A DNA stretch of 59,320 bases. Source: Methanomicrobiales archaeon. Its GTDB lineage: Archaea; Halobacteriota; Methanomicrobia; Methanomicrobiales; Methanospirillaceae. How positions within the stretch are numbered: position 1 is the first letter of the stretch; the number at the start of each line of letters is the position of its first letter. The stretch lies in NCBI GenBank assembly GCA_037137755.1, contig JBAXJR010000012.1, positions 1-59,320 on the forward strand, given 5' to 3'. Shown here piece after piece: positions 43,835 to 53,307 of this stretch. The notes under the pieces were generated by a model. That model saw only the letters and a list, made by a program, of their open reading frames with translations, ran no database searches and was not told where the DNA came from. The position numbers and the translations under genes are program-made.

Positions 43835-43855
43835 TTGTTACTCTGTAAGTGACAA
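43835..43855. promoter_or_regulatory. Putative TrmB operator (inverted repeat)
   Basis: TTGTTACT-N5-AGTGACAA (7/8 match) in the 54-bp divergent gap. Confidence 0.5.
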
Positions 43856-43888
43856 CATAATTAAATAGTTATCTGTCAAGCATAGTGT

Positions 43889-44323
43889 ATGACACAAACA
43901 TCCACCGAAAGTGAGAATATCGCAGTTGTCCGCAAATTTTTTGAGGTTGGCCCCTCAAAGGGTGACCTTGCAGCAGCCGACGCAATTCTGGCCCATGAAT
44001 TTTCCCTGCATACTCCTCTGCCGACCCCGGGGCCCGGGATCGAGGCGATGAATAACGTCATTATCACCTGCCGGGCTGCATTTCACGATCTGCATGTGAC
44101 TATTGATGACATTATGGCTGATGGGGATAAGGTTACGGCCCGCTTTACGGCACGAGGTATACACAAAGGGGAATTTATGGGCCTTCCTCCAACAGGAAAG
44201 GCAATCTCCATGACAGGGATTGAGATTTTCCGGGTAAAGGAAGGGAAGATCGCCGAGTTGTGGGGAGAGGTAAATCTGATGGGACTGATGCAGCAGCTGG
44301 GTATTTTGCCGGTCCCGGCATAA
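43889..44323 (+). CDS. SnoaL-like ester cyclase family protein
   Basis: AFHDLHVTIDDIMADGDKV..RFTARGIHKGEFMGLPPTGK. Confidence 0.9.
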   Translation: MTQTSTESENIAVVRKFFEVGPSKGDLAAADAILAHEFSLHTPLPTPGPGIEAMNNVIITCRAAFHDLHVTIDDIMADGDKVTARFTARGIHKGEFMGLPPTGKAISMTGIEIFRVKEGKIAELWGEVNLMGLMQQLGILPVPA

Positions 44324-44349
44324 TCGGGAAAAATGGAGGGCGAAGTTTC

Positions 44350-45120
44350 ATGGTTTTTTCACAGATTCCGAAAGCAATAGGGTTTATCTACGCCCTGGTT
44401 ATGATTGGTGTTATTTCCTACCTCTGGTACTCCGGACGATGGCGACAGAAGATCGCCTGGCTGCTTCTTGTTATTTCAGTTGCCCTGGGTTTTCTCATAT
44501 TCTCACCGGTACTACCCTGGCAGTTCCAGCAGCTGGTACTGGGTGATGTGGAGGGACTGGGAGGACCGCTCATTGTTGGTGTTATCGGGCTCGCTATTTT
44601 TTTATTGATTACCTTCGTTTTTGGAAGGTTCTTCTGTGGATATATCAGCCCTGTCGGCACCATCCAGGAGATTGCCTCCCATGCACCGGTCCCCAAGGTC
44701 AGCCTGCGGCCGAAGAACGTGTTCATGGGAATAAGAGCGGGGTTCTTTGTTCTGTTTCTCGTTATGGCATTCGTATTTTCTGCCTCACTGCTGGCCTTTT
44801 TTGGCATACAGGATTTCTTTTACCTGTCAGTGACTGCAGGGACATTCGTGTTCATTATCATATTGTTGCTGTCTATGACCCTGTATCGTCCGTTCTGCCG
44901 TCTTATTTGTCCTTATGGAGTGCTGTTATCGCTCGGTGCATGGAAGGCCGTGTTCAAAATTCGCCGGACCAGTACCTGTATCGAATGTAAAAAATGCGAA
45001 AAGGTGTGCCCGACGGATGAAGCAAAACGTGATGATGGAAAAGCGGAATGTTATCTCTGCGGGCGGTGCACAGATGTCTGCCCGGTTACCGGGGCCCTGC
45101 AATATAAACGTGGATGGTGA
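44350..45120 (+). CDS. Membrane 4Fe-4S binding protein (NapH/MauN-like)
   Basis: GRFFCGYISPVG, RPFCRLICPYG, two C-terminal ferredoxin motifs; start at ATG 44350. Confidence 0.85.
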   Translation: MVFSQIPKAIGFIYALVMIGVISYLWYSGRWRQKIAWLLLVISVALGFLIFSPVLPWQFQQLVLGDVEGLGGPLIVGVIGLAIFLLITFVFGRFFCGYISPVGTIQEIASHAPVPKVSLRPKNVFMGIRAGFFVLFLVMAFVFSASLLAFFGIQDFFYLSVTAGTFVFIIILLLSMTLYRPFCRLICPYGVLLSLGAWKAVFKIRRTSTCIECKKCEKVCPTDEAKRDDGKAECYLCGRCTDVCPVTGALQYKRGW

Positions 45121-45169
45121 ATGAAACAAATGAGGACTGAATTAAAAATATCCTTGCCTGGAGGATATT

Positions 45170-45529
45170 ATGGCAGATTTTAAACTTGAAAAACCTGACA
45201 ACAAGAAAAGAGAGGAACTGTATGCAAAAGTCATCATCCTCAAAGACACCGTCTCCTATCAGGACGGGACGGTTGCGAGCCGGATGCTTGTCAACAAAAA
45301 GGCAGGAAGTATCACTATCTTTTCATTCGATGAAAACGAGGGACTTTCTGAACATACCGCACCCTATGACGCCGTGGTTTCTATCATAGATGGTGAGTGT
45401 GAAGTGTGGGTTGCCGGCCAGACGTTCCAGATGAAAGAGGGGCAGACCATTATCTTTCCGGCCAATGTTCCCCACGCCCTCAGTGCCATCACCAGATTCA
45501 AGATGACGCTGACCATGATCCGGGAGTAA
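45170..45529 (+). CDS. Cupin domain protein
   Basis: FDENEGLSEHTAPYDA, FPANVPHAL; GGAGG SD. Confidence 0.9.
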   Translation: MADFKLEKPDNKKREELYAKVIILKDTVSYQDGTVASRMLVNKKAGSITIFSFDENEGLSEHTAPYDAVVSIIDGECEVWVAGQTFQMKEGQTIIFPANVPHALSAITRFKMTLTMIRE

Positions 45530-45533
45530 ACCC

Positions 45534-45824
45534 ATGGGCGGGAATGATCAGGATGGATACTATTGCACAATCTGTGGAGGTATCCCTCCGGACAAAATTA
45601 ACATCAGGCAGATTCTCGTAGATGGCAAAGAGACCGGGATTGATAAACTGGACTGGATTATCGCAGAGGTTAGGAAACTGAAAATTTCCGATGACACGGT
45701 CATTACCGAAGAGCTCTTAAAACGAACGTTGGCACTCAACTACGTTCCCACCAAAAAGGCTAAGGAATATGGTGAGGCGCTACTGATGGAATATAAAAAA
45801 TCCGGGGGAATAACCGGTGCTTGA
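45534..45824 (+). CDS. Small hypothetical protein with N-terminal CxxC
   Basis: YCTICGG, VDGKETGI, NYVP...EYGEALL.EY. Confidence 0.7.
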   Translation: MGGNDQDGYYCTICGGIPPDKINIRQILVDGKETGIDKLDWIIAEVRKLKISDDTVITEELLKRTLALNYVPTKKAKEYGEALLMEYKKSGGITGA

Positions 45825-46053
45825 CCATTGCCCCGGTTCTGCGAACCTCAGGACCCCGACACTCGCGATAAAAAAATGCCCACAGTGCGGCGAGGAGGTG
45901 GAAATCTTCTCAAACGACATTAAAGTGGCATGCAGCAACTGCGGTTTTGTTATCTACAATGATGTAGCATCGTGTGTCCAGTGGTGCAAATATGCAAAAG
46001 AATGCGTAGGTGAGGAGATGTACCGGAAACTTGTCGAAAAGAAAGAGGGATGA
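45817..46053 (+). CDS. Small Zn-ribbon/Cys-rich protein
   Basis: CPG, CPQCG..VE, CSNCG, SCVQWCKYAKECVG. Confidence 0.8.
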   Translation: MLDHCPGSANLRTPTLAIKKCPQCGEEVEIFSNDIKVACSNCGFVIYNDVASCVQWCKYAKECVGEEMYRKLVEKKEG

Positions 46054-46409
46054 AGAACGTTCACCGCATCTGGTGAAATTTTCGGACCGAAAATGGCCGC
46101 CTGGAGTAATTCGCGATTGCTGCCACCATCTCTGGCAGTCGGTGACAACTACTGCCGTGCATGGCGAGAATCATGAGGAGAAAGCCGGGTGCGGTCACCA
46201 TTGATCACGACCTGCCCTCGCTCTTTTTCATCGGGACGTAATGTAGTATCAGGATGCAATGGTGTTTCTCACATCGATTTCATGGTCCGAATAATAATTT
46301 CTGAACACGACTGTTTTTGGTCATTGGACTCGAAGTAACGGTGAAACACCGGTAGTTTTCATGAAACGCCAACTATCCCGGTATGCCTTTTCATAACCTG
46401 AATTGCAGC

Positions 46410-46769
46410 TTATAGCACGCAGACCTTGCAGTCCTGTTCACCACAGGGAATGTTGTCGATCTTCCATTTCAACGCCCACTGCTTGATGATCCGGATCACA
46501 CCCACAATCTCAAGCCCGCTTTCCGTCAGCGTATACTCCGTTTTTACCGGGAATGCGGTTGCGTCCACATTCCGGGTGAGAATTCCTTCTTCTTCAAGTT
46601 CCTTCAGCCGTTCCGAGAGGATTTTTGGGGTAATACCATCAAGAGCATCACGGAGCTCGGAAAACCTGCGGGTATACCCCTGGCCTTTGTAGAGCTCAAG
46701 GATGATCAGCAATGTCCATTTCTTTGTCAGATATTTCACGGTCTGGTTGACCGTGCACGCATCCTGCAT
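46410..46769 (-). CDS. HxlR/DUF24-family winged-HTH regulator
   Basis: N-terminal Cys (ACTV), KKWTLLII, RFSEL, GITPKILSERLKELE, EYTLT; C-terminal CxxxxCxxC. Confidence 0.92.
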   Translation of the reverse strand: MQDACTVNQTVKYLTKKWTLLIILELYKGQGYTRRFSELRDALDGITPKILSERLKELEEEGILTRNVDATAFPVKTEYTLTESGLEIVGVIRIIKQWALKWKIDNIPCGEQDCKVCVL

Positions 46770-46770
46770 A

Positions 46771-46840
46771 GTATGTATTTGGAAACTCCCGAGTATTTAT
46801 AATAAGGTATACAATTGATATCTTGTATCAAAAAGAAATA
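46771..46840. promoter_or_regulatory. Three GTAT-N8-(A/G)TAC-like imperfect palindromes, candidate HxlR operators
   Basis: GTATGTATTTGGAAAC (46771), GTATACAATTGATATC (46807), GTATCAAAAAGAAATA (46825). Confidence 0.4.
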
Positions 46841-46850
46841 ATGGAGTTCG

Positions 46851-48473
46851 ATGATGTTCTGCTACCAATGCGAAGAGACAGTTAAGGGGACGGGATGTAC
46901 GGTAAAAGGTATCTGCGGTAAGGAAGACGAGATCGCTGCATACCAGGATGTGCTTATCTATGTCTGCAAGGGGATCTCGGTCAGGAACCTTGCGGCAATG
47001 GCGAAGGGCAAAATAGATCCTACGTTGGGATTGTTCATCGCTGACGCACTTTTTTCCACGCTGACCAATGTAAATTTTGATAAAGCACGATTTTTTGACA
47101 TGATTAACCATGCGGTTGCGCTCCGGGATGCCCTCCCTGCAGCTGGTAGTGCAGAACCGGATGCCTGTACCTGGAAGCCGAAAAGTGACAGCGACATACT
47201 GGAGAAGGCAAAAACCGTGGGGATTCTGGCGACAACCAATGAAGATGTACGCTCGCTTCGCTCTACTCTCCTCTTCGGGCTCAAAGGTATTGCAGCCTAC
47301 TACACACACGCTGCAGTGCTCGGTAAAACTGATGATTCCATCACAGCATTTCTCCAGAAAGGGCTTGCATCCACCCTGAACGATCTGGCGGTTCCCGACA
47401 TGATTGCTCTCGTAATGGAATGCGGGGAAAACGGGGTGAAAGTCCTCGCCCTTCTCGATTCAGCCAATACCACCGCTTACGGAAATCCGCAGATCACGAG
47501 TGTTAAAACAACGGTAGGATCACGCCCGGGGATCCTGATCACCGGTCATGACTTAAAAGACCTTGAGATGCTGCTTGAGCAGTCGAAAAATGCCGGTGTT
47601 GACGTATACACTCATGGGGAGATGCTCCCGGCACATGCGTATCCCGCGTTCAAAAAATATACTCACCTGTATGGCAACTACGGAAGCTCGTGGTGGCACC
47701 AGAAGGAGGAGTTCGAGCAGTTTAACGGCCCGGTCCTGTTCACGACCAACTGCCTTGTTCCCCCGAAGGATACCTACAAGGACCGTGTCTTTACGACCGG
47801 ACTTGTCGGGTTTTCAGACACCAAACACATCACCGCGTCCAAAGACGGGAACAAGGACTTCTCATCGATCATTACGTACGCAAAGACCTGCCAGCCACCC
47901 AAAGCCCTCCCGGGAAGCGGGAATGACCTCATCACCGGTTGTGCCCATGGTGCGGTACTTGCGATTGCAGACAAGGTTGTCGCAGCGGTAAAGAGCGGGG
48001 ATATCAAACGGTTCATTGTCATGGCCGGATGCGATGGCAGGCAAAAAGAGCGGGAATATTACACGAATTTTGCCCAGGCACTTCCAAAGGATACGGTGAT
48101 CCTCACAGCAGGGTGTGCCAAGTACCGGTACAACTCTCTCGATCTCGGCACCATCGGCGGGATTCCCAGAGTTCTTGATGCAGGGCAGTGTAATGACTGC
48201 TACTCTCTGGTCGTGATTGCCCAGGCGCTCGCCAAGGCATTCGGCGTCGGCATCAACGAATTGCCGGTCTCGTACAATATCGCATGGTACGAGCAGAAAG
48301 CGGTCCTTGTCCTGCTGTCATTGCTGTCACTCGGCGTAAAAGATATCACGCTCGGTCCAAAACTCCCGGCGTTTGTCTCTCCCGTCGTGCTCGATGTGCT
48401 CGTAAAAAATTTCGATCTCAAACCCAACACGACCGTCGAAGCCGACCTTGCCCGGATGGTACCCGCCAAGTAA
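46851..48473 (+). CDS. hcp: Hybrid cluster protein (NO/hydroxylamine reductase)
   Basis: MFCYQCEE...GC...[37 protein letters not shown]. Confidence 0.97.
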   Translation: MMFCYQCEETVKGTGCTVKGICGKEDEIAAYQDVLIYVCKGISVRNLAAMAKGKIDPTLGLFIADALFSTLTNVNFDKARFFDMINHAVALRDALPAAGSAEPDACTWKPKSDSDILEKAKTVGILATTNEDVRSLRSTLLFGLKGIAAYYTHAAVLGKTDDSITAFLQKGLASTLNDLAVPDMIALVMECGENGVKVLALLDSANTTAYGNPQITSVKTTVGSRPGILITGHDLKDLEMLLEQSKNAGVDVYTHGEMLPAHAYPAFKKYTHLYGNYGSSWWHQKEEFEQFNGPVLFTTNCLVPPKDTYKDRVFTTGLVGFSDTKHITASKDGNKDFSSIITYAKTCQPPKALPGSGNDLITGCAHGAVLAIADKVVAAVKSGDIKRFIVMAGCDGRQKEREYYTNFAQALPKDTVILTAGCAKYRYNSLDLGTIGGIPRVLDAGQCNDCYSLVVIAQALAKAFGVGINELPVSYNIAWYEQKAVLVLLSLLSLGVKDITLGPKLPAFVSPVVLDVLVKNFDLKPNTTVEADLARMVPAK

Positions 48474-48668
48474 ATATGGTTAGTATAAGGGATTTGAAAT
48501 CGGGGCTAATTGATGCAATCTTGGACTAACGGGTAATTAGAGACCAACCCAGTATTTGGACAGGAGGGTCAATTGCAATAGTATAAGTTGGAAAAATAAC
48601 AATGAAATAACCTTATTTTGAACCTTAATTGTTAAAATAACTCTAAATCATCGTAAAATAGACAAAAG

Positions 48669-48742
48669 TGCCTCAGCCCGGATTTGAACCGGGGACAACC
48701 AGATCTTCAGTCTGGCGCTCTCCCAAACTGAGCTACTAAGGC
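48669..48742 (-). tRNA. tRNA-Phe(GAA)
   Basis: Reverse complement GCCTTAGTAGCTCAG...CCAGA-CTGAAGA-TCTGG...GGTTCAAATCCGGGCTGAGGCA. Confidence 0.95.
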
Positions 48743-48828
48743 GCGGAACTATATATTTGACGTAAAGATTATTAAATGATCTGTTTTCTGACAAACGAGC
48801 GTGAGATCCTATCCATTTTTATATCTGC

Positions 48829-49812
48829 GTGGTGGATCCTTTGAGGATGGGTATCAGGTTGCTGAAGGGTAAAGCAGAGGAGATGCCGGAGATCGGCCTT
48901 GTCAGGGACAGGACATTCCCTGTAATCCACCTGACACATAACGACCTTGATGCCGCCGGTGCCGATGCGATTCACCGCATGAAATTTGGAGAAGTGGTCT
49001 CCATTTTTTCCTCGGTTGGAAAATTTCCACTCCTGTTGAGCGCAATCGCAGATCTTCCTGGCAATGGTGATCTGGTCAGTATCAGCGATCTCGGCTTTCC
49101 GCGGGGTGCTGAGAGAGCGGTTAAAAAGCTGAAGAATAACAATTGGAAAGTCGAATGGCGTGATCATCACCGATGGACAGATGAAGAGGTCGCAATTGTT
49201 GAAAAAAATGTTGACCTCCTCCATATTGATACGAACCGGTGCGGGTGCGGGATCTGTGCGGCAGACCTGCAACCGGACAACCCTGTTGCGCAGGAAGTTG
49301 CAAGGGTGGTATGCGACTACGACCTGTGGAAGAATGAAGACCCGCGAGCGGCAGTACTGGGCCAGGTCCTCCAGAGACGGCAGAATCTTACCCACGTGCG
49401 GGACTGCCTTGAAAACGGTGTTTTTTCCGATCCCCTGATAGAGAGAGAATACAACGATATCAGGCAGGAAATGGAACAGATGATGGAAAAAAGCAGGCGG
49501 AAAGCGGTGATAATGGGGACAAAATATAAGATTGCATTTGCCCCCCTCTGTGGATACCCGAGTGAGACCGCAGCGTATATAAGGAAAACCCTTCACACCG
49601 ACATCGAGGTAATAATTTCCCGGGGCGGGAGATTTTCCCTGCGGTCTGTTCCGCCGATAAGTCACCTCATCACGAGGGAGTACCGGGGAGGTGGCCACCC
49701 GCATGCGGCCGGTGGTAACTTCGATTTTAATTGGAAAGACAGGATTTTATTCTTACTATTCGGGAAAAATCATCATTTTGAGACATTTACACAAATTGCC
49801 GAGTCATTCTGA
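48829..49812 (+). CDS. DHH/DHHA1 phosphoesterase (NrnA-like)
   Basis: THNDLD, ISDL, WRDHH, GGGHPHAAG. Confidence 0.9.
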   Translation: MVDPLRMGIRLLKGKAEEMPEIGLVRDRTFPVIHLTHNDLDAAGADAIHRMKFGEVVSIFSSVGKFPLLLSAIADLPGNGDLVSISDLGFPRGAERAVKKLKNNNWKVEWRDHHRWTDEEVAIVEKNVDLLHIDTNRCGCGICAADLQPDNPVAQEVARVVCDYDLWKNEDPRAAVLGQVLQRRQNLTHVRDCLENGVFSDPLIEREYNDIRQEMEQMMEKSRRKAVIMGTKYKIAFAPLCGYPSETAAYIRKTLHTDIEVIISRGGRFSLRSVPPISHLITREYRGGGHPHAAGGNFDFNWKDRILFLLFGKNHHFETFTQIAESF

Positions 49813-50607
49813 CAGGGTCTGAAATAAAGTCTTATTAACAATATTTTTCCAGTATTCAGGACAATTGTCACGGCAGTACCCGCCTGCCTTAACCTGGCCG
49901 GTCTCCCAGTGTGCCAATATTTTTTCCAACCCGGCATTCGTGGGATCAATGAGTACCATGTTATCGACAGGATATTCCTCTTTGAGGCTCACAACAAGGT
50001 CGATAGCAGCAGATGTAACTGCTATCGTCCTCTGGTGTTCTAGGAGCATTTCAAGGCCTTCCTGGTCAGGGTCTGATAAATAAAAGAGAATTTTTTTCCC
50101 GCACAGGGATTCAAGCTCCTCCTGAACGACATGATCGCAGATCAGCACATGACCATCGGCCCCCGAATCCCGCATTTCACGCATCAGCCGCCGGAACCAG
50201 AAATACAGGTTTCTTGATGCCTCCTCCGGGTCCCCATAATAGGTATCGGTAATTCCAAGCTGTCCGGGGCTGGGCATTGAGACCCATAGGGGGCCGGGTT
50301 TTTTGATTACCTCCCCGATATCCGTTTTCAACAGGCCGGGATCAAGTCCCAGCTCCCCGGTAATTTCCCCCTTATCTATCCCTGCGAGACATTCCAGCAG
50401 TCGTTCACGGTAGAACATTCCCCCCGCACAGGGAACATCGACTTCTGCCTCCCGCTGATAACGTAAGGGTTTTTGAAACCAGTACCGGGCCATGTCTCCA
50501 CCCAGTCCGGCCCTTGACCGGATCCAGCTGACCAGTTCCTCTTTATCCAGGTGTGGATCTGGCTCTGATCCGAGAGATTTAGTCTGGAATTTTATCTTTT
50601 TACTCAT
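49804..50607 (-). CDS. Hypothetical protein, possibly a degenerate MetE/UROD-like barrel
   Basis: SLGSEP, MPSPGQL...DTYYGD.EE...LMREMRDSG...VLICD resembles core methionine synthase segments. Confidence 0.45.
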   Translation of the reverse strand: MSKKIKFQTKSLGSEPDPHLDKEELVSWIRSRAGLGGDMARYWFQKPLRYQREAEVDVPCAGGMFYRERLLECLAGIDKGEITGELGLDPGLLKTDIGEVIKKPGPLWVSMPSPGQLGITDTYYGDPEEASRNLYFWFRRLMREMRDSGADGHVLICDHVVQEELESLCGKKILFYLSDPDQEGLEMLLEHQRTIAVTSAAIDLVVSLKEEYPVDNMVLIDPTNAGLEKILAHWETGQVKAGGYCRDNCPEYWKNIVNKTLFQTLSE

Positions 50608-50645
50608 CGTATCATCTTATTTATATCATCACTTCAAGAAATAGT

Positions 50646-52637
50646 GTGATGATCAGGAAACCAATACTGGTGACATGCGGACTCCCGTATACCAACGGTC
50701 CCTGCCACCTCGGGCATCTTCGTACCTATGTTCCGGCTGATTTTTACGTCCGGTACCTGAGAAGGGCGGGCGAGGAGGTCGTATTCGTCTGCGGGTCCGA
50801 CAACCACGGGACGCCGGTCGTAGTTAGTGCTGAAGAGGCAGGCGTTTCACCGCGAAGCCTCGCCGAAAAATATCACCTGCATTTCTTTGAAACATTCAGG
50901 CGTGTTAATGTCATTTTTGATCATTTCGGTATGACTGATGATCCGACGAACCATGAGCGGACCCGGTCAATAATGGGTACATTAATCGATAAGGGCTATA
51001 TTTATTCAAAAATAGTCCACCAGAGTTATTGCACGAAATGTAAACGGTTCCTTCCGGACCGGTATGTTGAAGGCCTCTGTCCCCACTGCAACACTCCCGC
51101 ACGGGGAGACGAATGTGACCAGGGATGTGGCCGCCACCTTGAGCCCGGGGAAATAAAAGAGCCGACCTGCACCGTGTGCGGGACAAGGGCTGAATTCCGG
51201 GACCAGGAACATTATTTCTTCAAGCTGAGCGAGTTTAAGGAATTCCTCCTCGAGTACCTCGGTACCCTCGACGGGACCTCGAATGCCCGCAATTATGCCC
51301 TTGGCTGGGTAACGGATGAACTCCACGACTGGTGTGTGACCCGGACGCTTGACTGGGGGGTAAAATTCCCGGGGAGGGAGGACCTCGTGGTCTATGTCTG
51401 GGTCGATGCCCCGATCGGGTATATCTCGTTTACCGAAGAATGGGCGAAGAAACAGGGGAAAGACTGGAAAAACTACTGGTGCGGTGATACGCGGGTTACC
51501 CATTTCATCGGCGGAGACATCATCTACCACCACTGTATCTTCTGGCCGGCCCTGCTTAAGGGAGCAGGATACGGCATTCCCCATTCCATCGTGGCAAGCG
51601 GCATGGTAAAAGTAGATGACCATAAATTCTCAAAATCACGGGGTTACGTCGTCTGGACAAACGAGGACTACCTTGATAAAGGCCTTTCCCCCGATTATCT
51701 CCGGTATTACCTCCTTTCTTATACCAACCATACCAAAGAACTCAATTTTTCATGGAAGGTGTTCCAGGAACGTGTAAATAACGAACTTGTCAATGCCCTT
51801 GGAAATTTTGTCTACAGGACACTGTATTTTGCCCACAAGGAGTACGGGGGAATTCCCGAAGGGGAGGCAGATACCCGGATAACCGACGAGATTAATAAAT
51901 GCCTTACTACCGTCGATGCGGCAATCCGCCAGTATGAATTTAAAAATGCTGTCGATTCAATGATGGGGCTTGCTGCACAGGGTAACAACTATATCCAGAC
52001 AAATGCCCCGTGGAAATTAATTAAGACCGACAGGGATGATGCAAGGAAGGTCATCAGGAACTGCCTCCAGATCGTGAAAGCACTCGCACTGATCATCGAA
52101 CCGGTAATGCCTGACAAGGCGGGTGCTATCTGGGCAATGCTCGGGTACCAGGACAACCTGGCGGATCACCCGGTTCACGAGTCGGTCCTTGGCCTGACTC
52201 CCGGAAAGCTGGAACCACCAAAGCCATTGTTTGAGAAGATCGATGATACGTTACTGAACGAACTTGATACCCTCCTGGCCAGCCGGGTCCTTGCCGCCGG
52301 AAAACCGCAGGAAAAGATACCCGAGATCAGCATCGACGATTTCTCTAAGCTGGATATCAGGACTGGAACAATTATCTCGGCAGAGGCCGTCCCGAAATCA
52401 AGTAAATTACTCAAACTCCAGGTGGATCTCGGCACCGAGACACGGCAGATAGTAAGCGGCATTTCCCAGTTTTACAACCCTGCGGAACTGGTGGGAAAAA
52501 CCGTGGTCGTGCTTGTTAACCTGAAAACAGCAAAGATTTTTGGCATTGAAAGCAGGGGGATGGTCCTTGCCGCCGGGGACCATGCATCCCTCCTGAAACC
52601 GGAAACCCCGGTTGAAGCCGGTACAAAAATCAGGTAA
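50646..52637 (+). CDS. metG: Methionyl-tRNA synthetase with C-terminal tRNA-binding (Trbp111-like) domain
   Basis: PYTNGPCHLGH, Zn knuckles, YVWVDAPIGY, KFSKSRG, ESRGMVLAA. Confidence 0.97.
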   Translation: MMIRKPILVTCGLPYTNGPCHLGHLRTYVPADFYVRYLRRAGEEVVFVCGSDNHGTPVVVSAEEAGVSPRSLAEKYHLHFFETFRRVNVIFDHFGMTDDPTNHERTRSIMGTLIDKGYIYSKIVHQSYCTKCKRFLPDRYVEGLCPHCNTPARGDECDQGCGRHLEPGEIKEPTCTVCGTRAEFRDQEHYFFKLSEFKEFLLEYLGTLDGTSNARNYALGWVTDELHDWCVTRTLDWGVKFPGREDLVVYVWVDAPIGYISFTEEWAKKQGKDWKNYWCGDTRVTHFIGGDIIYHHCIFWPALLKGAGYGIPHSIVASGMVKVDDHKFSKSRGYVVWTNEDYLDKGLSPDYLRYYLLSYTNHTKELNFSWKVFQERVNNELVNALGNFVYRTLYFAHKEYGGIPEGEADTRITDEINKCLTTVDAAIRQYEFKNAVDSMMGLAAQGNNYIQTNAPWKLIKTDRDDARKVIRNCLQIVKALALIIEPVMPDKAGAIWAMLGYQDNLADHPVHESVLGLTPGKLEPPKPLFEKIDDTLLNELDTLLASRVLAAGKPQEKIPEISIDDFSKLDIRTGTIISAEAVPKSSKLLKLQVDLGTETRQIVSGISQFYNPAELVGKTVVVLVNLKTAKIFGIESRGMVLAAGDHASLLKPETPVEAGTKIR

Positions 52638-52683
52638 TCCCATTTTTTACCCGGTTTTCTTGGAACACAAGGTTAAAAAAACC

Positions 52684-53307
52684 TCACACAGCTTTTTTTT
52701 CGAGAAGTTGCAGCGTAGATCCAAAAACCTTGCGGTTCTCTTCAGAGGGTTCCCGGGCCAGCGATTTCTTTAACGCCTCCTTCGCGGCAATGCCACCGGT
52801 TTTTCCAAGTGCCGTTGCCGCACTCCTGCGAACAAATTCATTTTCATCCATGAGCCTGGCGATGAGTGCTTTTTCGGCATCCCGGGATCCTATTGTACCA
52901 AGCGCCTTCGCGGCCATGTACCGGACATGATCTTTCTGGTCATCAAGCGAAATAATCAGAAACGGGACCGCCTTTTTCGACCCGATTATTCCAAGCGCTT
53001 CTGCGGCACGATATCGTACTTTCCAGTCAGGGTCATTCATGAGATGGGTCAGGGAGTCAATAGATGGATCTCCTATCTCACCGAGAGCTGTTGCGGCCTG
53101 GGCCCGTACCTTTTTATCAGGGTCCCGGAGGGCACGGAGCAGGGGGTCTATCCCTTCAGATTCACCTAATTGTCCAAGGAGCATGGCTGCATACTGCCGG
53201 ACCTGGGGGTCATTCCCCGCTTCCATACTCCTGGCGATTCCGACCCGTGCATTCTCAATATTTTCTTCCCCTGATTGATTAGCACTATCTCCTGTTTTCC
53301 CTGTCAT
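52684..53307 (-). CDS. HEAT/PBS-lyase repeat protein
   Basis: Five repeats of D....VR..AA.ALG.IG. Confidence 0.9.
   Translation of the reverse strand: MTGKTGDSANQSGEENIENARVGIARSMEAGNDPQVRQYAAMLLGQLGESEGIDPLLRALRDPDKKVRAQAATALGEIGDPSIDSLTHLMNDPDWKVRYRAAEALGIIGSKKAVPFLIISLDDQKDHVRYMAAKALGTIGSRDAEKALIARLMDENEFVRRSAATALGKTGGIAAKEALKKSLAREPSEENRKVFGSTLQLLEKKAV

Larger units (their letters stand above)
40889..48684. mobile_element. Putative genomic island integrated at tRNA-Phe (no integrase seen)
   Basis: Flanked by the 16-bp tRNA 3'-end duplication; carries accessory stress genes. Confidence 0.65.
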
